A stretch of DNA of 16,385 bases from Candidatus Micrarchaeota archaeon. Lineage in GTDB: Archaea > Micrarchaeota > Micrarchaeia > Norongarragalinales > SBBD01. The stretch spans positions 16,026 to 32,410 of the forward strand of contig JBBSVW010000035.1 of NCBI GenBank assembly GCA_038046605.1, written 5' to 3'. Under the pieces are notes generated by a model. The model did no database searches, was not told the DNA's origin, and was given only the letters and a program-made list of their open reading frames with translations. Positions within the stretch are counted from its first letter, which is position 1. Every line of letters begins with the position of its first letter. Shown one piece after another: positions 1 to 12,000 of the stretch. The position numbers were made by a program, and so were the translations under genes.

Positions 1-1
1 T

Positions 2-3000
2 GAAATCTACAGGCACCCTTGAGCCCCTTGTGTAATTTACACCTAGGGGCCGGGCTAGGGATATTGACAGGTTGGTATTGATCGTAATGTTGTAGACGGT
101 GGAATTGACGCTCTTATAGCAGGAATTACTGGTGGATCCTATTTTCCAGCCTTGGATTCCAGGAGCGTAAGTGCATGAGGGATCAAAGGAGGTATTCAAA
201 TAGCCATTTGAAAGGGTCGTAACTCCGGTGCCGGCATCGTAACTGCTCCCATTTGTTGTAACCCACCTGGTTCCTGAAACAATGCCAACTCCGGGGAAGG
301 TGCTACCATCTATGTCGTAGAGGCGAAGTGAAAACGCGGATGAGTTGGTTCCATTCCTCCAAATCGAATCACCATCGCCAGCAACGTAAGTAAAGTTCAC
401 ATCCTTTGGTTCGATTGTGAAATTGGTGGGGGTGAGGTTTGCCGTGAAATTCTCATCAGAGGCATTCCAGAAGAACTGCCAGCCGGCGATGTCGCCGCAT
501 GCAAAATTGCTCTTGGGGATGGAGAGCATGGTGCTGTTGCAGTTGCTTGAGCAGGTACGTGTCGATACCAAGGTCCAATCGCCAGAATAGCCCTGGCGGA
601 TAAATAAATAGGCCGTAACAAGGTCATTATCTTCATCGGTTACTGAAACGTTGAAATTGAAGGTTTCTCCGGGGGCGCCATAATCTTGTGTGTTTCCATC
701 CTCATTGGAAGTGTTTACAAACTGCACATTCAAGGTTGGGCCGGTTTGGATCCTGAAGATGTTGTTTATTGTAGTCGAGTTGAAGTTGTGGTATGGCTTG
801 GATGCGTTCATGGTGACATTGTAGTGGCGGGATGGCAAAGCGGTCGTATTGAATGTGCAATTGTAAGCGCCGGTGGTCTCATTTAGGATTGGGGCGCAGG
901 AATAATCAGCTGAGCTGCGTTTGTATGAAAGATTGACAAGCGCGTCGGTAAGTGGCACGGAGCATTCGTCCGTGATATTTGCCCTAATCGTCACATTGGA
1001 TCCGCGCGGATAATTTGCCCCGTTCGGGGTCAGGAGGGAATTTTGGATGTCTGCAAATACGCTTACATTGAATTCGGATGAATTCAACACCTGGTAGCAT
1101 CCATCAGTAGCTCCCGCTTTCCATAATTGTTTCCTTGGCTGGTAGGTACAGGAGGGATTGAATATTGCCTGCAGGAAGCCAGAGGAATTTGTTTGAGTGG
1201 CATTGCCAGAATCATAAAGCGAACCATTTGTTGTAACCCATACTGTCCCGTTCACAGACCCATTAAGGAATGCGCCTTTTTCCGAATCGAACAACCTAAT
1301 TGACAGTAGTTGTGCGCCAATGCTCCTATTCACATTGGTTTCGTTCCCAATGAAGTGGGAAACGGTGAGATTTGAGGTGGACATGTTTGGGCCGTAGGTG
1401 TTGCTTGTGTTTTGGGTATTCAGGACCGAACCTGCCTGGTAGTCGTAAATATTGAATTTGAAATAGTTATCTGTGCCAATTTCGCCGCATGCGTAATTGG
1501 AGACGTTGAATATGCATGTCCCATTCCCGTTTGCCAATGTGTAATTTTGGCCTTGCAATGTCCATGAGGTCCCATTATCGACGCTGGTATACAATGAGCA
1601 GTTTACGGAATTGCCATCTGGATCGGATACATTCACGGAATATGTGAAAATCCTGCTCCAGCCTCCACTTGACGGAGTGACACCGATATTGTTGAAGGTG
1701 GGCTGGGCATTGACCAGCGTAAACCGTTCGAAAAATAGCGAGCTGTTTGAATTATAGGTGGAATTGGTCGCATTGACCCGGATGCTCCAAAGTCCGGGCG
1801 CTTTTCCGGATGAATCCCAGGTGCAATTGAAATTTCCATTGCCCTCATTTGAAACCGGCGTGCAAAGCTCGGTAGCATTCGACGGCGATTGGAGCTGGAA
1901 AACTACTGTCGAGGCATTAAGCGGACCTTCCGCTGAGCAGTCGGTTGTGACATTTGTCCTCAATGCTAATAGGTTCGAAGTATTGTAGGTGGTGCCATTT
2001 ACTGGAGTGGAAAGGTTGACAAATAGCTGGCCCGTCACATTTATAGAAAAGTTGCTGGTTAGCGAATCAGAATAATAAAGGTCGTTTTGGACGCCGCCGC
2101 GCCATCTTTGTATGGAAGAAGAAAAGGAGCAATCCGGATTGAAATCAAGGGTCAGGAAACCCGAAGAGTTGGTGGTCGTGTTTTGGGGGGTATTGAAAAC
2201 TTGCCCATTGAGCGTAATGAAATAGCTTCCATTGACATTCCCTGCAACATACTCCCCACGGATTTGGTCGTAGACCCGAAGGATCAGGGGGGTTGTCTGG
2301 GATCCCTCCCGATTCACGACCGAATTGACACCGGCACCAATTTCAATAGTCACCGTATCCTTGGCGATTGTAAACGAGGATACGGATGTGTTGGTAGTAT
2401 AGCCGTATTGGTCGGTTGCGTTGAAGAAATACTCGCTTACGCCTACATCGGTGTTGTTGAAGGTTTGGACGAAATTTAGGGGGGTTGAAGAGCAGGCGCT
2501 GCAGCTTTGGGTTTGAAGGAAAACCCAGGTGGAATTGCCACTTTTGCGCTTGAATAAGTACACAGTAACGTTGTTATCATCAAGATCGGTTACGGTCACG
2601 GAAAAATTGAACTGGCCTCCCCAGCCGCCAGAAGAAGGCGTTACTGATGGGGAACTTAGGATTGGCCTGCTTGCTAGGTAGAATGCAAACGCCCGGGTCA
2701 CGGAGGCATTGGAAAAGTATGATTTGCTCGCATTCACTGTGACATTATGGAAGCCGTACGTCCAGCCGGCGGTCGTGGTGTTTGGCGCAGTGCAATTGTA
2801 AAAGCCATTCCCCTCATTCACGGCATTACAGGTGTAGCTGGTATCGGGGGCCATGAGCACGGTTGATCCGTTCACAAGTCCGCATCCGCCTATGTCCGTA
2901 ATGTTTGCCCTGAAATTTATGTTGTCGACGCCCCGGAGGAAGGTAAGATTGAGCGGCGCATAAAGCGCAGGGAGGAATTCGGATGTGATTGTCACATTGA

Positions 3001-6000
3001 AATCGGTGGAATTCGAGGGCTTGAATAGCGAAGAGGTGTCAAGGATTCCTGCTTTCCATTTCTGGAGCCCCACGCCATAAGTGCAATCCGGATTGAACGC
3101 CGAGGAATCAATCCAGCCGGAGGAATTTGTGAATACCTGAATGCCTGCATCGTAATTGCTCCCATTGGTAGTGACCCATATCCTGCCTTCTTCACTTGCC
3201 ACATTTATTGATGGCTTGTCTGTGTCTACAACCCTGACAATGAACCTTGAGGAATTGGACCCAAGCCTGCTTACCGTTGTTGAATTCCCAAGGTAATGGT
3301 CGGCCCTTGTGTCGTCGCGCTCAATTGTGAAATTGTACTCCGGCGATGTGATGCTGTTTGCCGCATCATCCTCAGTTGCATTGAATTTCACGGACCAATT
3401 CCCGATGTCCCCGGATGAGCCGAATGTCTTGGAGAAATTGATGGATTGGTTTTGGCCTTGGCGGATAACAGAGCCTACAAGCTGCCATTCTCCAAGTGCG
3501 GGCGTTAATTGCCTTACGAACGAGTATATGGTTATCGTGTCATTGTCCTCATCCGTCAGATTGGAGGAAAGGTAGAAGGTTTCGCCATACCCGCCGGGAT
3601 TTGGATTTGCCAAAACATTGGTGAAATTAACGTAGGTCTCGATGAAGAAAGACGAGGTGGACGCAACGTATTCGCGCAGGGTTGTCTCGTTGTTGAAGAA
3701 CGCCTTGGAGGCATTGAAGGTCACATTGTATGCGCCGGCATACATCGAAGTGGTATTGAATGTGCAGGAATAATTCCCGGAGCTGAAATTGGATACGCCT
3801 AGGCAGCCGTAAAGCTGGCGGGTGTTGTTGTGGGTTGCGGAGAAATTGGCCATCGCATCAGTCACCGGGACATTGCAATCTGTCAGGATTGAGCCGTTGA
3901 TAGTGGCATTTTGCCCCCGTATAACTTCTATGCCATAAGGCAACGTGACGTTTAATGAAAGGCTGCCAAGGATTGTGAGGGAGGATGCAGTGGTGTTTAC
4001 CGGGAGGTAGCAATTGTTGGTTGAGCCAACCTTCCATTGCGCAACGCCTGTGCCATAGCCGCAGGAGGGGTTGAAATCCAGCCTTGCATGGCCGGAGGAA
4101 TTGGTTTGGGTCTGATTTCCCAAATCATAGTCTACCCCGTTTGTTGTGACCCAGAATGTGGCATTGACCAGCGGGTCGTAGGATTGGTTGTCGGTATCAT
4201 AGAGCCGCATTATCAGAGTCGTGAAATTGCCAAGGCTCCTATTGACATACGAGTTCTGCCCATAGATGAAATCCACCGTAAGGTTGTCTGCCGTCAAGTT
4301 GAGGTCCGCATTTGGCGTAGCATTGAAGGTGTTGCTTGGCTCGCCATTTACAATTTGGAAGAAATATTGGGAGTTGTTTCGCAAATCGCCGCATGTGAAA
4401 TTGCCAACAGTCACAGTGCAATTTCCACTGCCAGTTGAAAGGGTTGAGGACCCTTGGTAAACGAACTGCCCGGATGTGTTGACAAATAGATTGCAGGTTA
4501 CTGGCTCCCCTTCAGGATCGTATACTGATACGTTGAATTGGTAGGCAAGGCCCCAGCCTCCAGCTTTCCTATTCACGCTTTGGTTTTGGGCGCTTGTCAG
4601 GACGTTTTTTAGGTAGAAGCGGTTGCTAAAGAGGGTAACATTGGAATTGTAGTAGGGCATGGAGGCGTTTAGGAGGATGGAGTAGTTGCCCTGCGCCTTG
4701 TTCGAGGTGTCGAATGTGCAGTTGTAGTAGCCGTCGCTTTCATTCATCGTTGGCGAGCAGAGGTAGTTTGCCAGGGTTTGGTTGTGGATGAATGTGGCAT
4801 TTGTTATCGATGTGTTAAGGAAGCCTTCCTGCGCAAGGCATTCGCTTGTGACATTATATCGAACTGTAACGTTATTTGTTACGTTGTAGATGGATTGGTT
4901 GATTGGGAGGAGAAGCGATACGTGCACCTGGCCGATGATGTCAAGGCTGTTAGCGGATGAATTCTTGTTCTTGTAGCAGATGTCGTTTAAGACGCCGCCT
5001 TTCCAGTTGTGGCTTCCGGCTATGTACGAGCATGAGGGATTGAAATCATAGTTGAAATAGCCGCTTGAGTTGGTCTGGTTGAAATAGCCAGAGTCGAACA
5101 CGCTTCCGCTTGTGGTCACCCAGAATGAGCCGTTGACTCCAGTTCCCACAATTGAGGCGTTGTCTGTGTCGTTTACATAAAGGCGCAGCGCGCCGGAGGG
5201 GGTTCCGTCCCGGTTGATTTGGAAGGCGGATGCACCCACAAGCACATCCACATCATCCTGCTGGAGCGTGAAATTTGAAACAGTTGATTGATTTGCAAGA
5301 CCGGTACAAAGGCCGGTTGTTACATTGAACATGAAGTCCCATGTGGAATTGTCGACAAAGTTTGAGCAAGTGAAGGCCTCATCAACAAAGGTTAGGTTCG
5401 TGCCGGAGCCAGCGCTGCAGGAGGGGCATGATTGCGATCCGCGGAACTGCCAGACAAGAGAGTTGTTTGGCTTTACCCAAAGGGAGACGTTTATTGTGTC
5501 ACCTGAAGGGTCGAAAACGGTGATGTTGAATGTGCGCTTGACACCCCAGCCATCTACTCCCACATTCACTCGCGGATCATTTAGTTCAGGAACTGCGGCA
5601 AGCCTTAGGGAACTTACGGAAGTGTTTGAGGCATTCTGATAGTATTGCTTGCTTGAATTCACAGTGATGTTGTAAAGGCCATAGCTCCTGCCGGTCGAAT
5701 CCCAGGTGCAGCTGTAATTGCCGGTTGCAAGGTCGGTAGCTGAGCTGCATGAGAATGTGGAGGATTGGCGTTTCACGAAAGTTTCAACAACGGCGCTGGC
5801 AACTCCCGAGCATTCATCCCGGATTGTTGAATTGATTATTATTTGGGTTCCGGGGGAATAGCATGTTCCGGCAACCGGGGAGACGATTGTATTGTTGAAG
5901 GGATCAGTAATGATGGATAGGTTGTAATCGGAGGAATTCATCTCATAGTAGCAGCTAGTTTGGGGCACGTTTACCTTCCATCTCTGCGGTCCGACAATAT

Positions 6001-9000
6001 AGCTGCAGGTTGGATCGAACGACCGTATGACAAGGCCGTTTACGGAGGTATTCGTGCCGGATGCTATGTAATTGGACGATCCATCAGCGGTTACATATAG
6101 CGTGCCGGTAACCCCGTCTGGAAGGTCTGTCGAATCTACGAAATCGCGGAATCGGATTGAAAGCGTCGTTGCATTCGTGACCCTGTGGACGACCGAATTG
6201 TTCCCAAGGGATAGGGTCGCCGTTAGATTGCGCCTCTCAAGGGCAAAGGTCTTGTTTTCGGTTTGCGCCGTAAGGCTTTGGTTATCCGTTGCATTGAACT
6301 TGAATTGCCAATTGCCAAAATCCGAGCATGCCGAATGGGTTGAATCGGAGAATGTCAGGGTTTGGTTTGTGCAATTGTTGCATTCCTGGGATGAGACAAG
6401 CGTATATTCAGAAGCGCCAGGTGCTTTTTGCCAAAGCCTGACGGTCGCATTGTCATCCTCATCCCAAACCGTTACGTTGAAGAGTATCGATGCCCCCCAA
6501 TATACCCAGGATAGGTTGGAAAGGGGGTTTGAGAGGTAGGGCGGCGTCGAGATGTGGAATGAGTTTGTTTTTGATGTTTGCGCAAGGAAGTAATTTGTTT
6601 TCGATGCATTCATGAAGGCCATGTAAGTCCCTCCTTGGAGGGCGGACGTGTTGAAGGTGCAGTTGTACATCCCGCCTCCTTCCTCTAGGACATTTGAACA
6701 GGCAAATGCAGAGCCGCCATCCCTTATTGAGAAATTGACATTTGCGCCCGTCACAACAACGCCGCAATCATCAGTCAAATTGCCCCTTATGGTGACATTT
6801 TGGCCTTGCGAAATCATGCTTCCTAGGGGGGAGGTTATGTTTGCATTTAGCTCGCCTTGGATTGTCAAAACCATGTCGGAGGAATTTTGGCTAAAGTAGC
6901 AAGCATCAGCTAAAATTCCCCCTTTCCAAATTTGAGGCCCAATTGAATAGCTGCATGTTGGGTTGAATGACACTGGGGCGTGGCCGGAGGAATTGGTTTG
7001 GGTGGAATTGCCCAAATCATACAATGCGCCGTTGGTGGTTATCCAGATTGTGGCATTTGACGAGCCTATGAGGTAGGTTTGGTTATCCAAATCGAATAAT
7101 CGAAGCACAAGGTTTGTTAGGTTTGAGCCTGATCTGTTGACAACGGAGGCATTTCCTGCCCCCAGGGTTACATTTATCGCATCCCGGGTAAGGTTTAGCG
7201 TCGCATTTATCGTCGTATTGAAAGTGTTCGACGGCTCGCCGTTTATAACCTGGAACATGAAACCCGAGTTATTTCTGATATCGGCGCAGGTGAAATTATG
7301 AACCACCACCGAGCATGTGCCCTGGCCCGTTGGCAGGGTGCTGTTTCCGCGGTAGGTGAATTGGGTGGAGGTGTTGGTGAATAGCTGGCATGTCACCGAT
7401 TCACCCTCGGGATCCAGTATGGTTGTGTTGAATTGGTAGCTTTGCCCCCAGCCGCCTTGGGTTAGGTTTACAATTGGCGGAGTGGAATTGGTTAGGATGT
7501 TCCTTAGGTAGAAGCGGTTGCTAAAGAGGGTAACATTGGAATTGTAGTAGGGCATGGAGGCGTTTAGCAGGATGGAGTAGTTGCCCTGCGCCTTGTTCGA
7601 GGTATCGAATGTGCAGTTGTAGTAGCCGTTGCTTTCATTCATGGTTGGCGAGCATAGGTAGTTTGTCAGGGTTTGGTTGTGGATGAGGGTTGCGTTTGTA
7701 ATGGAGGTGTTGAGGAAGCCTTCCTGTGCAAGGCATTCGCTTGTGACATTATACCGAACTGTAACGTTATTTGTTACGTTGTAGGTGGATTGGTTGATTG
7801 GGAGGAGAAGCGATACATGCACCTGGCCGATGATGTCAAGGAAGGAATCCGAGGAATTTTTGTTCTTGTAGCAGGCATCATTGAGAACCCCGCCCCGCCA
7901 TACCTGCGCCCTTGCATTATAGCTGCAGGATGGATTGAAGTCGTAGTTAAGGTAACCGGAGGCATTTGTTTGGTTGAAATATCCCGAATCTAGAATGCTG
8001 CCATTTGTCGTAATCCAGAAACTTCCGTTGACTCCAACGCCCACGATGGATGCATTGTCGGTGTCGTTTACATAAAGGCGCAGGGTTCCGTATGGCGAGC
8101 CGTCCCTGTCAACGGATGAGGCGCTTGCACCAATTATGACATTGACATCATCTTGCTGCATGGTAAAGTTTGCAACTGAGGATTGGTTTGTAAGGGAGGT
8201 GCAAAGGCTAGTTGTTGCATTGAACATGAAGTCCCATGAGGAATTAGTGGCATAGTTCCCGCATGTGAAGGTCTCATCGACGAATGTTAGGTTAGTGTAG
8301 GTGCTGCAGGAGGGGCATAATTGCGATCCGCGGAACTGCCATATGTTGCTGTTGTTGGGCTTTACCCAAAGGGAGACGTTGATGGTGTCGCCCGAAGGAT
8401 CCCGAACGGTGATGTTGAATGTGCGCTTGACACCCCAGCCATCAACCCCCACATTAACCCGGGGGTCGTTTAGTTCTGGAACTGCGGCAAGCCTTAGGGA
8501 ATCTAGGCTTGTGTTGCTGGCGTTGGCATAGTATTGCTTGCTTGAATTCACCGTTAGGTTGTAGAGGCCATAGCTCCTGCCGGCAGAATTCCAAACGCAG
8601 CTGTAATTGCCTGTTAACAGGTCGGTTGTGGAGCCGCATACTGATGAGCTTGCGCCTTGCCTAACTGTTGCACTAACAGTAGCGCTTGCAATGCCAGAGC
8701 ACTCGTCCCTAACTGTAGAATTGAGTATTATCGAAGCCCCTGGAACATAACAAGTGCCACTAACGGGCGATACAATTGTATTGTTTGGGGCATCGGTGAT
8801 TATGGAGATATTATAAACTGTCGAGTTGACCGAATAGTAGCAGGAAGTTGCAGCCGATTCTATTTTCCAGCTCTGGGGGCCAACTTGCCAGCTGCATGTC
8901 GGATCGAATGCACGCCTAACAATGCCATTTAGGGATGTGTTGGAGCCGCCGGAGAGGTATGAAATGGCGCCTCCATCGGTTGTGACATACAAGGTGCCAG

Positions 9001-12000
9001 TGACACCCGTTCCGATATCCTGAGCTGAATCTACTGCGTCAACAAATTTTACGCCAAGGGAGGATGTGTTGGTTACGCGATGGACTACGGAGCTGTTTCC
9101 GGATTGCAGCTGGAAGGTAAGGTTCCTTTGCGTTAGGTTGAAGGTGTTGTTCGTCGTCTGGTCGGTGAAATTGACAGTGTCCGTCGCATTGAACTTGAAT
9201 TGCCACTGGCCAAAATCAGAGCAGGCGGAATGGGTGGAATCGGAAAACGAGAGGTTGTAGTTGGTGCAGTTTGTGCAAACCTGTGAGGAGATGAACGAAT
9301 ATTCGGAAGCCCCAGGCGCTTTTTGCCAAAGTGATACCGTCACATTATCATCCCGGTCAGTGACAGTTACGTTGAATTCAATTGTTGCCCCCCAATAAAC
9401 TGATGAAAGGTTTGCAAGTGGATTTGTTAACACGGGGGAGGTTGCTATTTTGAAAGCGTTGGTTTTTTGAATTGAGCCATTTGAATAATGCAGCTTGGCA
9501 GAGCCCATGAATACACGGTAAACCCCCCCACCTAAGGCAGTTGTATTGATCGAGCAGTTATATGAGCCAGATCCTTCTTCATAAACAATGGGGCATGCGA
9601 TTGGTCCGCCGCCGTTTTGCACTGTGAAATTGACAGTTGCTCCGGTTACCGCAATGCCGCAATCATCCGTGACATTGCCCCTAAGGGTTATGTTGACACC
9701 CGGCGTGTAATTTTGGCCAAGTGGGAATGTGACATTGTTGTTCAGGGCGCCGATGACAAAGAAGGAATAGTTTTGGGATGAGTTCCTCTGGGAATAGCAG
9801 GCATCGGATAGCACCCCGCCAGACCAGTTCTGAAGGCCCACATTGTAGCTGCAGGAGGGCTTGAATATTATGCTGAAATTCCCGGATGCATTTGCGGCCG
9901 TGAAATTGCCGGAATCGTAGGAGGCGCCATTGGTTGTGACCCAAATGGTCCCATTCGCATTTGTGGCGCCCGTGCGATTGTCATCATCATATGCCCTAAG
10001 CGCCAGGATTATGGTCCCGTTTTGCCTAGTGACATTGGCCCCATTCCCGGAAATGTAGGAAATTGTGACGTTGTCTTTTTCAACTGTCCAGTTTGAAATT
10101 ATGGATGAACCATTTGAGCCTTGCGTATCCGTGCCATTGAACATGAAGTGCTTTAGCCCGATGTCATTGCAGGTGAATTTGTATTCGACGGTGTAATTGA
10201 CAATTGAATTCGTGCATGTGGTGCATGTGGATTGGTTTAGGATGCTAAATGGCCCGGTTGAGGCATTCCCATAATAGAGCGTCAAATCGACATCCTGGCT
10301 CTCGGAATCCTGCACAATCGCCGAAAAGTTAAGCTGCTCCCCCCATCCTGCAGGGGAGGGATATTCTGAAATACTGATTATCACAGGGGCAGTGTTGTTT
10401 GGGGAGAAGAGCTGGAAGGCATTGCCTGCAAGAGAAGTGCCATAATTGAAATATTCCTTTGTGGCATTTGCGGTAATGTTGTATATTCCCGGCGCCAGGG
10501 CGCTCGTATTGAAGGTGCAGGAGTAGGTGCCGTTGGAATAGTTGACTATGTCGCTTCCGCCGCAGTGCGTCATGTTGAAAAGTCCGGTGATGTTGAATGC
10601 GGGAGTGGCATTTGCGGCAAACAAGCCGCATTCATCGCGGGTGTTCAAGGTCAGTGTGACATTTTGCCCGATAGTGTATGAGGCGCCAGTGCCATTGAGA
10701 GTGGAAATTGCGAATGCAAAATCCGCATAAACAGAAACATTGAACCGGGCGGAGAGCTTATCGACATAGCAGGTGTCCGATGAAACAATTGCATACCAGC
10801 TTTGGTTCCCAGGGGAGTTATCGCAGGTTGCATTGAAGTAGAAATCAACGCTTCCGGAAGAGTTTGTAGTATTCGTGCCTGCGGTTAAGTTAAAGGTCGT
10901 ATTGGTTGAAACATTGAATGTGATGGTTGCCGCTGGCGTTCCTGCATACAAACCTCTATCGGTATCCGATATGTTGAGCGTAAACCTTACTTTTTGCTCA
11001 CCGGACCTATTGACAATTGAATTATTCCCGCGAATATGGAGGAAAGTCACATCGTCCTTTTCAATTGTTGTGGAATTTTCAGCAATTGAGGCGGATTGCC
11101 CTTCGGAAGTGTTTGCGGAAAATGTGTAAAACCACGTGCCTACCTGCGAATTGCCGGCAGCGCAGGTGAAATTGTAGGTCCAAAGCGCCGTCTTGTTCAG
11201 GCAGCCTACGCAAAAACTTGCGGGCGTTACTTCGAAGGATGGAACAACAGGCGAACAGCTAGGGCAGCGAAGAGAGAGCCTTGCAGTAGTATTAATGTTC
11301 CAAACCGAGGAGGAGTAATTAACTGTATAATTTACTGGAACGCCCCAGCCATCGCTTGATGGGATCACAAGCGGCGCGGAAATCTTGGGCTTTGCCGTCA
11401 GGTAGAATAGGTATGCGGGATCGGGCCCGACCTTCGTTTTGAAATCGCCGTAGTATTTGGACGCGGTTGAATTCATGGTGACATTGTAATATCCGCCGAT
11501 CTTATCCTCGGTTGAAGCCCATGGGCATTCGTAAAACCCCCCTCCAAGGCTGCTTCCCGAGCAGAGCTTGTTTGTGTTATTTGCGGTGAAGTTGAATGAG
11601 GTGATTATGGATGAATCCTCAACGGGGGATATGAAATTGCCGCAATCATCCTTCACATTCCCTTGCGCATTGATTTCGGTTGGGTCGGTGAAATTTGTTG
11701 AGCCGGAAGGATTTGTCACATTGTTTGTTAGGAATCCCTTGATCTGCAGGGCATAGATTGTGGAGGTAATGTCATTGTAGCAGCTGGATCCCACAAGGGA
11801 TACTTTCCAGCTCTGGTCGGGCCTTGAGGTATACTGCGTTGGCGAGCAGGTCGCATTGAAATTGTAATCGAGATATCCGGTTGAATTCGTCGAATTGAGT
11901 ATAGAGGGGCCATAATTCGTGCCATCGTAAGTGACTGATAAATTAAGCGCATAATTCCCAAGATATGTGCCATTGGTATCATTGACAAGGACTCTAAGAA

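Noticed and set aside
4611-7841. Diversity-generating retroelement TR/VR pair
   Set aside because: Mismatches are not adenine-specific and fall mostly at synonymous third positions. Both copies are coding parts of a larger duplication, and no reverse transcriptase is in the window.
500-11270. Multiheme cytochrome or nanowire suggested by repeated CxxC
   Set aside because: No CxxC is followed by His (they read CxxCT, CxxCS or CxxCL), so there is no CxxCH heme-binding motif.
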